Part shown: positions 9,459 to 19,016 of the stretch, one piece after another | Numbering within the stretch: the first letter of the stretch is position 1 | Layout: every line of letters begins with the position of its first letter | IMG/VR virus record: IMGVR_UViG_3300027763_000080 | Location: 1-50,833 of that record | Length of the DNA: 50,833 nt | DNA from: a virus | Lineage: Duplodnaviria > Caudoviricetes | Reading direction: 5' to 3' (one strand) | Made by a program: the position numbers and the translations under genes | Notes under the pieces: generated by a model | Told to the model about the DNA's origin: nothing | What the model saw: the letters and a program-made list of their open reading frames with translations, nothing else | The model's database searches: none

Positions 9459-11180
9459 ATGGAAAATACAAAAGAACAAGTTGTAGCTGAATGGAAAGCT
9501 GTTAACGAACCAAGATTAAAGGAAATAAAATCAGCAAATCCAGATTTATATTCTGCGATTAACCTTGCTTTGAATTTCTTAAACAAAAAATTAGGTGGTG
9601 ATGAATTACCTGTTGAAATTGAAGAGGTAGTTGAAACAGAACCTACAAACACAAAACAATGGAAGCTAGATGATTTCAAATATAGTAAAATCATAGTTGA
9701 TACACCAGAAAAATCAAAAAGATTTCAAGAATTAGTTTTAAGTTTAGGTGCTGAATGGGTAGATTATGATGTGGAAGATGAATCGAAAAAAAAATTAGTC
9801 AATAATACTGATGAAAAATATTTAGCTTTAAATAATTATGGCGCTCTATATTTTTTAAGTCAAGAAGCCTGGGAAGATAGTGATAAAGAGGAAAGAATTT
9901 ACGAAGAAATATTCCCAAATGTAAGTGAAACAAAACAAGTACAATTATCTGATTTTTACAATACGAAAATTTATTTTGATACACAAGATAAGTCAAAAAA
10001 ATTCCAAGAACTTATTTTTAGCTTAGGTGGTTTATGGGCAAATGGTAACAAAAGGGTATTTGATTATAAATACATTTTTGTTGATGATGAGGGAATATTA
10101 TCAAAAACCGAGTCTTCATCATATTTTACACAAGATTCGAACAGAGAAATATTCTACGATGATATTTTTCCAAATGTAAGTGAAACAAGTGTTTGGCGTT
10201 TTAAAACAAGAGAAGAGTTAGATGCAGAGGGTATTGGAGGAACACTTGGGATACCTCAATCTAGTTTTGATTTATTTTTAGGACAACCTTTATCTGAAAT
10301 TTATTCAAAAGAGAGATTTAATAATTTAGCTGAAGCAGTAGAAGCATTAGAAAATGATAGAGTTGCTTTAGGTCAAGCACAATGGGCAATCAATTTAAAA
10401 TATTTTACTAAAAACCCATTACCAAGCAAATCAACATCACAAGAAGTTGGATATACATATACAATACCTATTGAAACATATCCATCTAAATTAAAATTTT
10501 CTATGATTAATTTTAATTTTGAACCAAATATAGGAGATAGAAAATCCCCATCTCAATCAGCAGGTTCTTTAAAAAGAAAAGCAATGAGAATGACTAAATC
10601 AGATGATTATGTTAATATGATTCTTGAAACTAAATTCAAAGGTAATGATGGGAATTGGTATTCAATAAATGTTGCTAAAGGAGGAACGTGGACATGGAAA
10701 GAAACAACTCCACCTCCTGCACAACCTCAAACGACTACATCTACTGCATCATCTCAACCTGCACCAACAACTACAATCAAAAAAGAGTGGAAACCAGAGG
10801 ATTTAGTGGGTAAGAAGTTAAATTGGAATGGTCGCGAGTATGATGTTATTAAATTCAAACGCAACAATCCTAAATACAAATCTTATACGTTAAGAACACA
10901 ACAAGGTACAGAACTTGAAGGTAAATTAACAATTGGTGCGATTAACAAGTTACTTAATGATGAATTTGTAAAAGGAATCACAATCGTAAAACCTGTACAA
11001 ACATCAACACCTGAAAACGATTTTCAATTGCAATTAAGTAAAATGACAAAAGATAAACTTTACGCGTTATACAGCGAAACATTAGATGCAAAACAAGAGT
11101 TTAATGAAGATGATGATGAATACAATGAATTAACTATTCAACTAGTTGATATTGAAAAAGAAATAAATAATAGAAAGTAA
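9459..11180 (+). CDS. Multidomain protein sharing repeated domains with the 1144 polyvalent protein
   Basis: Two KI.vDT.e.S..FQel...LG..W domains also present twice in ORF 1144; RKSPSQSA...KGNDGNWY...W motif. Confidence 0.75.
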   Translation: MENTKEQVVAEWKAVNEPRLKEIKSANPDLYSAINLALNFLNKKLGGDELPVEIEEVVETEPTNTKQWKLDDFKYSKIIVDTPEKSKRFQELVLSLGAEWVDYDVEDESKKKLVNNTDEKYLALNNYGALYFLSQEAWEDSDKEERIYEEIFPNVSETKQVQLSDFYNTKIYFDTQDKSKKFQELIFSLGGLWANGNKRVFDYKYIFVDDEGILSKTESSSYFTQDSNREIFYDDIFPNVSETSVWRFKTREELDAEGIGGTLGIPQSSFDLFLGQPLSEIYSKERFNNLAEAVEALENDRVALGQAQWAINLKYFTKNPLPSKSTSQEVGYTYTIPIETYPSKLKFSMINFNFEPNIGDRKSPSQSAGSLKRKAMRMTKSDDYVNMILETKFKGNDGNWYSINVAKGGTWTWKETTPPPAQPQTTTSTASSQPAPTTTIKKEWKPEDLVGKKLNWNGREYDVIKFKRNNPKYKSYTLRTQQGTELEGKLTIGAINKLLNDEFVKGITIVKPVQTSTPENDFQLQLSKMTKDKLYALYSETLDAKQEFNEDDDEYNELTIQLVDIEKEINNRK

Positions 11181-11199
11181 AAATTATTAATTTTAGAAC

Positions 11200-13077
11200 A
11201 TGTTAAGAAGCACAGCAATCACAAAAGAACTTGCAGTTATTGAACGCAAGTTAAGCGAAACAACAAACGAAACGTTGAAAACCGCTTTAAAGAAGAAACA
11301 AGCACGTTTAAAAGACGAGTTGAAGGATGCATCAAAATCTGCACCACAACTTGCAAAAACGTTATTGGCACAACGCGCACAAATAAAAGCGTTACCAAAA
11401 TCAGATTTCAATGATTTAATTCGTAGGTTATCTAAAAAACCCGAATATTCATTTTTGAAAACGATGGGTAAAAGTACAATTAGAACAGACCTTGAACGTC
11501 CAGCAAAACCTGTTGGATGGAGATTTAAAGGTCGTGGTAATTATGATAAACCTACAATGACTCAAATTGCGAAAGGTAAGAGAAATGGAACGGTATATCG
11601 CGAAGTGCGACCAATTCGTTCAGATGTTAATCTTGCGGTTCGTTTAGAGAAAGGCGGTGTTGTAGGTCAAGAAATTGTAATTGATTACCAAGGTGATGAA
11701 TACAAAGGAGTTATTGCACAAATAACAGATGAGGGTGATTACATTGTAGATATCGAAAATGGACGTACAGTGTTAGCTGAAAAGAATATGGATGTTATTT
11801 CATTAGGTACTATGAAGAAAAAATCTATGCCAAGTGAACGTAAAAAACGTTTTGGATTATTTGAAGATGGCGGTAACATTGAAGAAGAAAATAACGAGAT
11901 GTTACATTCACAAGCAGTTGAAGCAAAACATCATGTTGAAGAATTACACAAAGTATTAACAAGTAAAACAGTTGTTGAACCTTGGGTAGTTGCAAAAATG
12001 GAACGCGCAACAACAGATTTGTCTGATGTCACACATTACCTTGATGGTGAAAACAAAGCAGACATGAAAAAACCTATTTACAAAAATGGTGGTCGATTGA
12101 CAGATGCACAACAAGCGAAGTTTGATAAAGTTATGCATGAATGGAAACAAGGTAAATTGCATTCAGGTTCTGATAACGGACCTATCGTAACTGACCAAGA
12201 CCAAGCAATTGCAATTGCATACGCAGAAGCAAGAGGAATGAAGAAAATGGCGTTTGGTGGAATGATTGATGAAAACAATGTTTCAACAGGTGGTATTTTG
12301 AGAATGGAAGAATTGGCTCCAAATGAAACACTTGATGAATTTATTAATAATGCAAAATACATTGTTAGTTCATTAGAAGATGAAGGTTTCGAAAAAGATG
12401 AAATATATACTTTCCTTGCACACATGATGATTAGAAACACAGGTGTTAAAATGTCAGAAGGTGGATCTTTTGCAAATAAAGTAATGAATAGAATTAAAGA
12501 AACCAACGATGATAGGAAACCAGGTTCGCAAATTATTTGGGTAAATGATACAAGCAGAAACACAATTTATTCAAATCCAACTTACAAATACGTAAAAGAA
12601 AATATCGGAGAAGTTGTATTTAGATTTGACGGAACACTAGCGCGTAAAGATTTTCGTTTAGAAGTTTTTGATAAAAATTCACAAAAAAGATATCCTGAAA
12701 ACATTATTAAAACATTCACTTCAACTAAAAAAACAAAAAAGGATGCAGTTGAAGATTTAAAACAAAAATCTGAAAACTGGTTACAATCAAATGAAATGGC
12801 TAATGGCGGTGGAGTTGATGCTATGTCAACAGTAAACGAAATTGCTAGACTATCAGGATTAAGAGCTGTTGCTGTTGCTGAATGGGGTGATAAGAACAAT
12901 ATCAATCTTAGTATGATTTTGAAAGATTTAAAATCAAAAAAAATCAAAGGTGCAGATTTGATGACTGCAATTGTTGGTAAACCAGGTAACAAATACTCAA
13001 AAGAGTTAATTGGTAAATATGCAAAAATGGCTACCGGTGGTTCAATGTCAGGATGGAAACACAAAGGCAATTGCTAA
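11200..13077 (+). CDS. Second GG-punctuated multidomain protein, includes a DUF6496-like domain
   Basis: KFDKVMHEWKQGKLHSGS...QAIAIAYAEAR; seven [MLFY]xxGG separators; basic N-terminal region. Confidence 0.7.
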   Translation: MLRSTAITKELAVIERKLSETTNETLKTALKKKQARLKDELKDASKSAPQLAKTLLAQRAQIKALPKSDFNDLIRRLSKKPEYSFLKTMGKSTIRTDLERPAKPVGWRFKGRGNYDKPTMTQIAKGKRNGTVYREVRPIRSDVNLAVRLEKGGVVGQEIVIDYQGDEYKGVIAQITDEGDYIVDIENGRTVLAEKNMDVISLGTMKKKSMPSERKKRFGLFEDGGNIEEENNEMLHSQAVEAKHHVEELHKVLTSKTVVEPWVVAKMERATTDLSDVTHYLDGENKADMKKPIYKNGGRLTDAQQAKFDKVMHEWKQGKLHSGSDNGPIVTDQDQAIAIAYAEARGMKKMAFGGMIDENNVSTGGILRMEELAPNETLDEFINNAKYIVSSLEDEGFEKDEIYTFLAHMMIRNTGVKMSEGGSFANKVMNRIKETNDDRKPGSQIIWVNDTSRNTIYSNPTYKYVKENIGEVVFRFDGTLARKDFRLEVFDKNSQKRYPENIIKTFTSTKKTKKDAVEDLKQKSENWLQSNEMANGGGVDAMSTVNEIARLSGLRAVAVAEWGDKNNINLSMILKDLKSKKIKGADLMTAIVGKPGNKYSKELIGKYAKMATGGSMSGWKHKGNC

Positions 13078-13084
13078 AAATGAT

Positions 13085-13092
13085 TAAATTTG
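13085..13092 (+). promoter_or_regulatory. -7 element TAAATTTG
   Basis: TAnnTTTG match 18 nt upstream of 13111. Confidence 0.45.
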
Positions 13093-13110
13093 AAATAAAA
13101 AACAAAGTAT

Positions 13111-13662
13111 ATGGAATTTAGGTATAAAAAATTGATGGAAGAAAACGATTTACGATTAAATCAACTTCCAGAGGATGCACAAACAGGTGTTGAAGAACTT
13201 AACAAAGTTTTACGCGCTGTTTCCATGCTTGAACGTAAAGGTAAAACTGTTTCATCTGCAACTGTGAAAAAAATTGCAGCGATGGATAAGTGGGTAACAT
13301 ACGAAATATTGGATTATCTGCATGATACAGACAACAATGATGATGATATGCCTATTGATGCCGATGATGTGTTAGATGACTTAGAAAATCAAAATGCAAA
13401 AGGTTCAGACAACAAAGTTTCGAATAAGAAAGATGATGTTGCACAACCTGACCAAATTGGATTGAGAATTGAAGAGGAATTGGATAGATTGATGGAATCG
13501 GGTAAAACATCATACACAATTGATGAACTACGAAGCAGAGCAAAAAACACGTACAAGGAATTGTGGGATAGTTATGAGGAAAACGATAAAAACGGAATCG
13601 TAACTACAAAATATTCTTTGCTTGAAGATAGTAACAAGAATTTTAATTTAAAATTAAACTAA
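13111..13662 (+). CDS. Acidic hypothetical protein
   Basis: 183-aa ORF with good start context. Confidence 0.75.
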   Translation: MEFRYKKLMEENDLRLNQLPEDAQTGVEELNKVLRAVSMLERKGKTVSSATVKKIAAMDKWVTYEILDYLHDTDNNDDDMPIDADDVLDDLENQNAKGSDNKVSNKKDDVAQPDQIGLRIEEELDRLMESGKTSYTIDELRSRAKNTYKELWDSYEENDKNGIVTTKYSLLEDSNKNFNLKLN

Positions 13663-13665
13663 CAA

Positions 13666-13833
13666 ATGATTAAACATTTTAACACAGCATTAGGAACAAC
13701 TTCAGGAAGTGGTTCAGCGGGTTCAAAAAAAGGTGGTGCCTTGATTTGGATTTTAGCATTAGGTGTGGTTGTTTTCGCTGGATACAAATTCATTGAAAAC
13801 AGAAATCGCATCAAACAAGTAGAACAAAATTAA
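13666..13833 (+). CDS. 55-aa membrane protein (not in ORF track)
   Basis: MIKHFNTALGTTSGSGSAGSKKGGALIWILALGVVVFAGYKFIENR...; single TM. Confidence 0.7.
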   Translation: MIKHFNTALGTTSGSGSAGSKKGGALIWILALGVVVFAGYKFIENRNRIKQVEQN

Positions 13834-13841
13834 TTAGCGAC

Positions 13842-14033
13842 ATGACCATAGACATACTTCAAGAAAAAAAATTAAAATGGATTATTGCAGGATTAGGTGC
13901 ATTAGGAGGTATTGTTGCAATGTTAGTTTATCTTGACCAGAAAAAACATAATGAAGTTCAAAAAGAATTATTTGCATTAGACAAAGAAATAAAATTGTTG
14001 CAACTTCAAAAAATGAAAAACGGTCAAGCATAG
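13842..14033 (+). CDS. Small membrane protein with coiled-coil tail
   Basis: WIIAGLGALGGIVAMLVYL TM segment. Confidence 0.75.
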   Translation: MTIDILQEKKLKWIIAGLGALGGIVAMLVYLDQKKHNEVQKELFALDKEIKLLQLQKMKNGQA

Positions 14034-14096
14034 TTATTAACATTTCAATGTTGAAAAATATCTAATTAATTTATTTTGAATATTAAAATGTGCTTG

Positions 14097-14104
14097 TATA
14101 TTTG
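14097..14104 (+). promoter_or_regulatory. -7 element TATATTTG
   Basis: Within cttgtatatttgta (14093-14106), identical to 1061-1074; upstream of 14132. Confidence 0.6.
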
Positions 14105-14131
14105 TACAATAACTTTTAAAAACAAATAAGT

Positions 14132-14365
14132 ATGGAAACAAACAATGAATCATTCGAAAACAAAACTAACTTAGTTTTACTTCACTTGCAAGAGAAGAAA
14201 ACAATTACTTCATGGGAAGCAATTCAATTGTATCATGCAACTCGTTTATCTGCGATTATCTTTATCTTAAAAGAACGTGGACATTTAATTACCACTGAAA
14301 TGATTTTTGAAAAAAGAACGAGATGGGCTGTGTATCATTATGCAGGTACTAACGTTCTGCAATAA
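14132..14365 (+). CDS. Winged helix-turn-helix DNA-binding protein
   Basis: ITSWEAIQLYHATRLSAIIFILKERGHLITT, a pattern typical of small phage wHTH proteins. Confidence 0.75.
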   Translation: METNNESFENKTNLVLLHLQEKKTITSWEAIQLYHATRLSAIIFILKERGHLITTEMIFEKRTRWAVYHYAGTNVLQ

Positions 14366-14376
14366 TTCAAAAGTGC

Positions 14377-14697
14377 ATGGCTGTTAACATATCAAATTTT
14401 ACAGGTTACGAAGATTCATGTGAAGTCATATTCACAAATTCGAAAGGTGAATACATAAAAACATTTTTCTTAGAAAATCTTGAATTAGATTTGTTTATCA
14501 ACCAACAAAAAAATCACGCAGTAAAAATTACAGGTTACAAGTGTGTTCAGTATGATGATTTAAAATCAGGTATGCCGAACACACTATCTAATCATGAACT
14601 TGTTTTGATTGAAACACAGATGATAAATCTTATTGACTGGGAATTATGGGAACAAGAAAATGAATTAGATGTAGATGACTTTATGTACAACGATTAA
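14377..14697 (+). CDS. Hypothetical protein
   Basis: 106-aa ORF in operon. Confidence 0.65.
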   Translation: MAVNISNFTGYEDSCEVIFTNSKGEYIKTFFLENLELDLFINQQKNHAVKITGYKCVQYDDLKSGMPNTLSNHELVLIETQMINLIDWELWEQENELDVDDFMYND

Positions 14698-14708
14698 TGT
14701 TTTAACCC

Positions 14709-14924
14709 ATGAATGCTAAATTGTACAACACAATTCTAAATGCTATCCCATTGTATGTAAACGAAACATACTTAGAACGTGCAGATAGAGAATTAATCGC
14801 AAAATCAATTCATGATTCTATGAATGTTGGATGCGAACACAAATGGGTTACTTTAAAAGAAGTAAAAATCATTGACCCGAAAGTATGTTCAACATGCGGT
14901 GAGTTGAAATGTACGCATAATTAG
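14709..14924 (+). CDS. Small protein with C-terminal zinc-binding motif
   Basis: CEHKW...CSTCG. Confidence 0.65.
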   Translation: MNAKLYNTILNAIPLYVNETYLERADRELIAKSIHDSMNVGCEHKWVTLKEVKIIDPKVCSTCGELKCTHN

Positions 14925-15002
14925 TCAAGTAATACGTAATGTGAAAATGGTATCACACCCTATATGGTTGTATTGTTGCGGGTTCGAATCCTGCCTTGAC
15001 TA
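14923..15002 (+). ncRNA. tRNA-like element (intact acceptor stem and T-arm, non-canonical D/anticodon region)
   Basis: AGTCAAG(14923-29)/CTTGACT(14995-15001) perfect 7-bp stem; T8-A9; GCGGG-TTCGAAT-CCTGC T-arm; no clean 7-nt anticodon loop. Confidence 0.6.
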
Positions 15003-15287
15003 CAAATCTTTTTGAATATCAAGTATGGTCGCAGTCGTGTACCATCTATCATGCTTTTTTCTTGATGAGAGGTAATATTTAACAACAACCTTATCATTCA
15101 ATGCAAAATCAGATGAAACCTCATCAAATCGTTGCTTTTTAGTTACAAAACTAATATTACGAGTGTTCTCATGACCAACTTGTAAAACGATATTACAGAA
15201 ATCCTCAGAATCATTCATTTCATGAATAATACCCTTGACTTGGTTAAAGAATAACTGTTTGTCATTCTTTATAACTGAATTTTCCAT
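15000..15287 (-). CDS. OB-fold / SSB-like protein (DUF3127-like)
   Basis: VKGIIHEM...NDKVVVKYYLSSR...RWYTTAT pattern. Confidence 0.55.
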   Translation of the reverse strand: MENSVIKNDKQLFFNQVKGIIHEMNDSEDFCNIVLQVGHENTRNISFVTKKQRFDEVSSDFALNDKVVVKYYLSSRKKHDRWYTTATILDIQKDL

Positions 15288-15301
15288 ACTACCTATTTTA
15301 A

Positions 15302-15383
15302 CAAAAATAACAATTCAATTTTTTGAACAAATAATTTGAAATATTTACGTTATGTCGATATACAAAATATTTGTTTATTTTTG
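15302..15383. promoter_or_regulatory. Divergent promoter pair: TATTTTTG on minus (15302-15309) and plus (15376-15383)
   Basis: TAnnTTTG matches facing ORFs 15287(-) and 15406(+). Confidence 0.5.
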
Positions 15384-15405
15384 TATATGAGTATTATGTC
15401 ATTAT

Positions 15406-15861
15406 ATGAGCAAAGAAAAAGACATTGAGGAGTTATTGAAAAACATCCAAGAAGGATTAAAAAACTATACTGTTAGGGAATTAAACGAAGCAATCGTTTC
15501 TTTTCTCAACAAAAAAGACGATAAAACTCAAGAGATTTATTACATCTTAGAGATAGTCAGCAAGGAATTTAACACGAATATTCGCACATTAAAGAAAAAA
15601 AATGTACGCGGAGACATCAGTGAAGCGAAACAACTTGCATATTGTCTACTGCATTTTAATTTAGGTTTATCAACGAGATATATTGCAGATAAAGTATTTA
15701 GTAATTGGCATTCGGTAGTTCATCAAGCGATTGTAAGACATAAAACAGCCGATATGAATTTAAAACCAGATAGATTGTTTATTGAAAAATATGAACTACT
15801 AAATCAAAAATTCATAGAAAATTTTGCAAACGAAAATAAAAATATAGAGTATGAGCATTAA
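15406..15861 (+). CDS. DnaA C-terminal (domain IV)-like HTH protein
   Basis: ILEIVSKEF...LKKK...ISEAKQLAYCLL...LSTRYIA...HSVVHQAI. Confidence 0.65.
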   Translation: MSKEKDIEELLKNIQEGLKNYTVRELNEAIVSFLNKKDDKTQEIYYILEIVSKEFNTNIRTLKKKNVRGDISEAKQLAYCLLHFNLGLSTRYIADKVFSNWHSVVHQAIVRHKTADMNLKPDRLFIEKYELLNQKFIENFANENKNIEYEH

Positions 15862-17044
15862 GATTTATGCAAAAAAAGGTAAGCGCAATTACAAGGAAAT
15901 GCGCATGATTCAAGAGATTCAACCAATCATTGATAAACGCCTACAAGGTAACCCAGAAGCTGCTGAAAGTTTTGTTCCTGCATCAAATTACGATGAATTA
16001 GAAGCAATGCATCGTATGTATGCGGTTCAAGATACAGAATTTGTAGAAATAAAAAATAAGGATATGGCAAAGGAAAAGGATGAAGAAGTCAATTTCTCAA
16101 AAGGAAATGAAGATTATTTTAATGATGTTGATGATGATAGTACGTTTATTGACCCGTTCAATCGTCAAGAACCAACAACTTATGATTACACGTTAGAAGG
16201 TGGTTTACAAAAAGATGACATGATTCAGAAAGGTCCACCTAGAAGTGATTTTGCTGAACCTCTTTCATTCGATGAAGCGTTTCAATTACCAGATGATGAT
16301 TCAGAGGAACCGGTTGAAAAAACACAACAAGGGAAAAATGATGATTCACAAAAACAACAACCTAATCAAAAACGTGAACGTAAAGAACCTTTAAACCCAT
16401 CGTTTGATGAAATGTCCGGGTCTAAACAAAAGAAATCAACGAAGAAATTTGCAAAATATATCGTTGAGGCTGTTTGTGCATTAGCTGAAAAAGGATTCGT
16501 TTGGTATGCAAACAAAGATATCAATGATGCGAAATTAGCAGAATACGAATTGTCAGGTGAAATGAACCTTTCAATACTTGTAACACTTGAAAATGGTCAA
16601 GATGCAACTGTTAAACAATTTTTTCAACAACAATGTCTTGCAGCAGAACAATTAGGTAAATTTGAAGAGGAAGAGAAACGCGACATGAGTGAAGCGCTTG
16701 CTGAGGTATTCATGGAAAAAGGTATCGCCCCTACTGCAACTCAAGAACTTATGATAATTGTTGGAGGTGTTTTAGTGAAAAAAGGCGCAATATTATTATC
16801 TTTGAAATCTCAAACGAATAGTTTGTTAAGTCAATTGAGAATGATGAATGATGGACAACCACAACAACCACAATATGAACAACCGCAACCACAACCTCAA
16901 TATGAGCAACCAAAAGCACCGGTAAATCAAGTGTATTCAGAAGCAAATGGAGTACCAAATACAACAGTTGAAGAATTACAAAATGAATTAGTTGCTGATG
17001 ATGATATGTTAGAAATTGAGCAAGTTGTTGTAACAAAAGAATAA
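15851..17044 (+). CDS. Acidic protein preceding the packaging ATPase
   Basis: 397 aa; late hydrophobic segment (LMIIVGGVLV), Q/P-rich tail. Confidence 0.75.
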   Translation: MSIKIYAKKGKRNYKEMRMIQEIQPIIDKRLQGNPEAAESFVPASNYDELEAMHRMYAVQDTEFVEIKNKDMAKEKDEEVNFSKGNEDYFNDVDDDSTFIDPFNRQEPTTYDYTLEGGLQKDDMIQKGPPRSDFAEPLSFDEAFQLPDDDSEEPVEKTQQGKNDDSQKQQPNQKRERKEPLNPSFDEMSGSKQKKSTKKFAKYIVEAVCALAEKGFVWYANKDINDAKLAEYELSGEMNLSILVTLENGQDATVKQFFQQQCLAAEQLGKFEEEEKRDMSEALAEVFMEKGIAPTATQELMIIVGGVLVKKGAILLSLKSQTNSLLSQLRMMNDGQPQQPQYEQPQPQPQYEQPKAPVNQVYSEANGVPNTTVEELQNELVADDDMLEIEQVVVTKE

Positions 17045-17047
17045 TTT

Positions 17048-17896
17048 ATGGCAAAGGAAGTTAAAAATAAAGAACGCGCAGCGGGTATGATGGTCACCAC
17101 TGGTGTACAAGGTGTAGGTAAAACCTATCAGAACATGTATATCATTAAATCATACGTTGCAGATAAATTCTTCAACAAAGTTAGGGGAAGGAAATGTCTT
17201 ATCATGGATACGAATGGTGAGTACACAAAAGAACAATTTGCGCGTAATGATATTGAAAACTTCAACCCACGAGTTATTGCTTTGCGAGATATTCCCGAAT
17301 GGAGTTTATCGGATATAGTTGAATGTAGACGTATTGATGCAAAGAACCTTTCTATACCTGAAAAGAAAAAGGTATTAGAATACATCATTCGTTATTACAA
17401 AAATGGTTTACTTGTTGTTGAAGATATCAACACCTATATCTTGAATGTTACGCACATGGAGGAAATTGTAGGGGGATTGGTAAACTTACGTCACCGAGGT
17501 GTAGACATGTTAATTTCATATCAATCACTTCGCGCAGTTGAACCTCGTATGTATTCAAATTCACGTTGGATGCGTTTACATTATCAACAAGATAATGTGA
17601 ATGATATTAAAGGTAAAATCGCAAACCTAGCATTATACAAAATTGCTGAAATACTAGTTAAGACAAGATACTACAATCAAGATAAACGATTCTTTGTGTA
17701 TATTCATTGTTTTGAAAATAAGATTGAAGGTAAGTTCACGAAAAAGGAATTTTTGGATGCATGTGAAAAGTATTTGAATATCAATAAACGCGAATTAAAG
17801 GAGTATGTTGAAATGAATGGTACGAGTAAACCAGAAGCTATGCTCGTATTACAAAAACAATTTTACGAACAGTTTTACGGTAACACAAATAAGTAG
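17048..17896 (+). CDS. Genome-packaging ATPase, A32/P9-like (FtsK-HerA superfamily)
   Basis: N-terminal Walker A GVQGVGKT, Walker B LLVVED, LRHRGVDMLISYQ (Arg-His plus conserved Gln); 282 aa with no nuclease domain. Confidence 0.8.
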   Translation: MAKEVKNKERAAGMMVTTGVQGVGKTYQNMYIIKSYVADKFFNKVRGRKCLIMDTNGEYTKEQFARNDIENFNPRVIALRDIPEWSLSDIVECRRIDAKNLSIPEKKKVLEYIIRYYKNGLLVVEDINTYILNVTHMEEIVGGLVNLRHRGVDMLISYQSLRAVEPRMYSNSRWMRLHYQQDNVNDIKGKIANLALYKIAEILVKTRYYNQDKRFFVYIHCFENKIEGKFTKKEFLDACEKYLNINKRELKEYVEMNGTSKPEAMLVLQKQFYEQFYGNTNK

Positions 17897-17899
17897 ATT

Positions 17900-18118
17900 A
17901 TGCAAACATGGTTAATACTTTTTGAAATTTGGACAACATTAGCGTTCATTGGTTTGATTCTGATTTATTTTAGAAACGATGCTTATTTAGTATTTGAGGA
18001 TTGGAAAACGATAAAAAACAAACAAAAACCGATTCAACTGATTTTTACACTTTTTTTGGTTTACTTGATTTTGCCATTTTCAATTCCATATAGCATTTCG
18101 CATATTACAAAGAAGTGA
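17900..18118 (+). CDS. Two-TM membrane protein
   Basis: Two hydrophobic stretches in 72 aa. Confidence 0.7.
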   Translation: MQTWLILFEIWTTLAFIGLILIYFRNDAYLVFEDWKTIKNKQKPIQLIFTLFLVYLILPFSIPYSISHITKK

Positions 18119-18381
18119 TGGAAACAATCCAAAATGAAAATATTGAATTGCAAATGAAAAGTATATTCAATTTGCAAAATATTCAAGAATGTCTGCAATT
18201 GAAAATTCATTTGATGAATTGGAATTTGAACTCAAAGAATGAATATGAACGTAATGAAATAGATATACAACGTATTCAATGCGAAATATCTATTGCAAAA
18301 ATTAAAAAAGCGTTAGCTGAAAAGAACAAAGAATTACAGGATTCAATGCAGATTTACGCATTCGCATTAAAAAATGAATAG
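18115..18381 (+). CDS. Hypothetical coiled-coil protein
   Basis: 88-aa ORF, translationally coupled. Confidence 0.65.
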   Translation: MMETIQNENIELQMKSIFNLQNIQECLQLKIHLMNWNLNSKNEYERNEIDIQRIQCEISIAKIKKALAEKNKELQDSMQIYAFALKNE

Positions 18382-18383
18382 GT

Positions 18384-19016
18384 ATGTTAGAAGAAATAGC
18401 AGTATGCATTGTAACGAATGAAAACGCAATTGAAACGCAATACGTAATTGAAAACCTTAAAGAGAAAACCAAGTGTAATATAAATATTTACACAACGCAA
18501 TACGAAAATTCATTGTGCGATTCTGTAAACAGTTTGTTGACTCAAGTAAAAGAACAAATATGTGTATTGTTTCCTGCAAACGCATTGGTGGATAACAATT
18601 GGTGTGAGGATTTACTTTTTAACATAAAAAATGTTGCAAACCCAGGAATTGTAGGCATACGACATGGCAAAGAGAAATTAAAACTTTCGCCTGTGCTTTT
18701 CACAAATGATGAGTTGATGAATGTTTGGGTTGCAGAAAATAACATCATTGAAGGCATTATGATGTTTCACATGAAACATCTTACAGAACAAATGGGTATG
18801 TTTGATAAATTATTTGACCATACGGGTTTTCAATATGCAGAGTTTTCATTAAAGTTCGCTTTTTCGGGTCTAACGAATTTTTACATACGTAAACAGACAT
18901 TCATACCACTTGAAATAGAAAATGAAGCTCTGTACCCAAAGAAAACAAAAGATGGCGTATTTTTAATTAACGAATTTGTAAAAGCAAATATTGACTTCCA
19001 TGGAACTGAAAATTAA
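18384..19016 (+). CDS. GT-A/GT2-like glycosyltransferase (divergent)
   Basis: IAVCIVT start, SVNSLL, ALVDNNW, GMFDKLF...G...AEFSLK; DxD motif degenerate. Confidence 0.5.
   Translation: MLEEIAVCIVTNENAIETQYVIENLKEKTKCNINIYTTQYENSLCDSVNSLLTQVKEQICVLFPANALVDNNWCEDLLFNIKNVANPGIVGIRHGKEKLKLSPVLFTNDELMNVWVAENNIIEGIMMFHMKHLTEQMGMFDKLFDHTGFQYAEFSLKFAFSGLTNFYIRKQTFIPLEIENEALYPKKTKDGVFLINEFVKANIDFHGTEN

Noticed and set aside
12078-13070. Two minus-strand ORFs of about 160 aa
   Set aside because: Antisense shadows of ORF 11200
17048-17896. Terminase large subunit or Zot/conjugative ATPase
   Set aside because: Too short, no nuclease domain or TM region; RH...Q motif and context fit the A32 type better, though not proven
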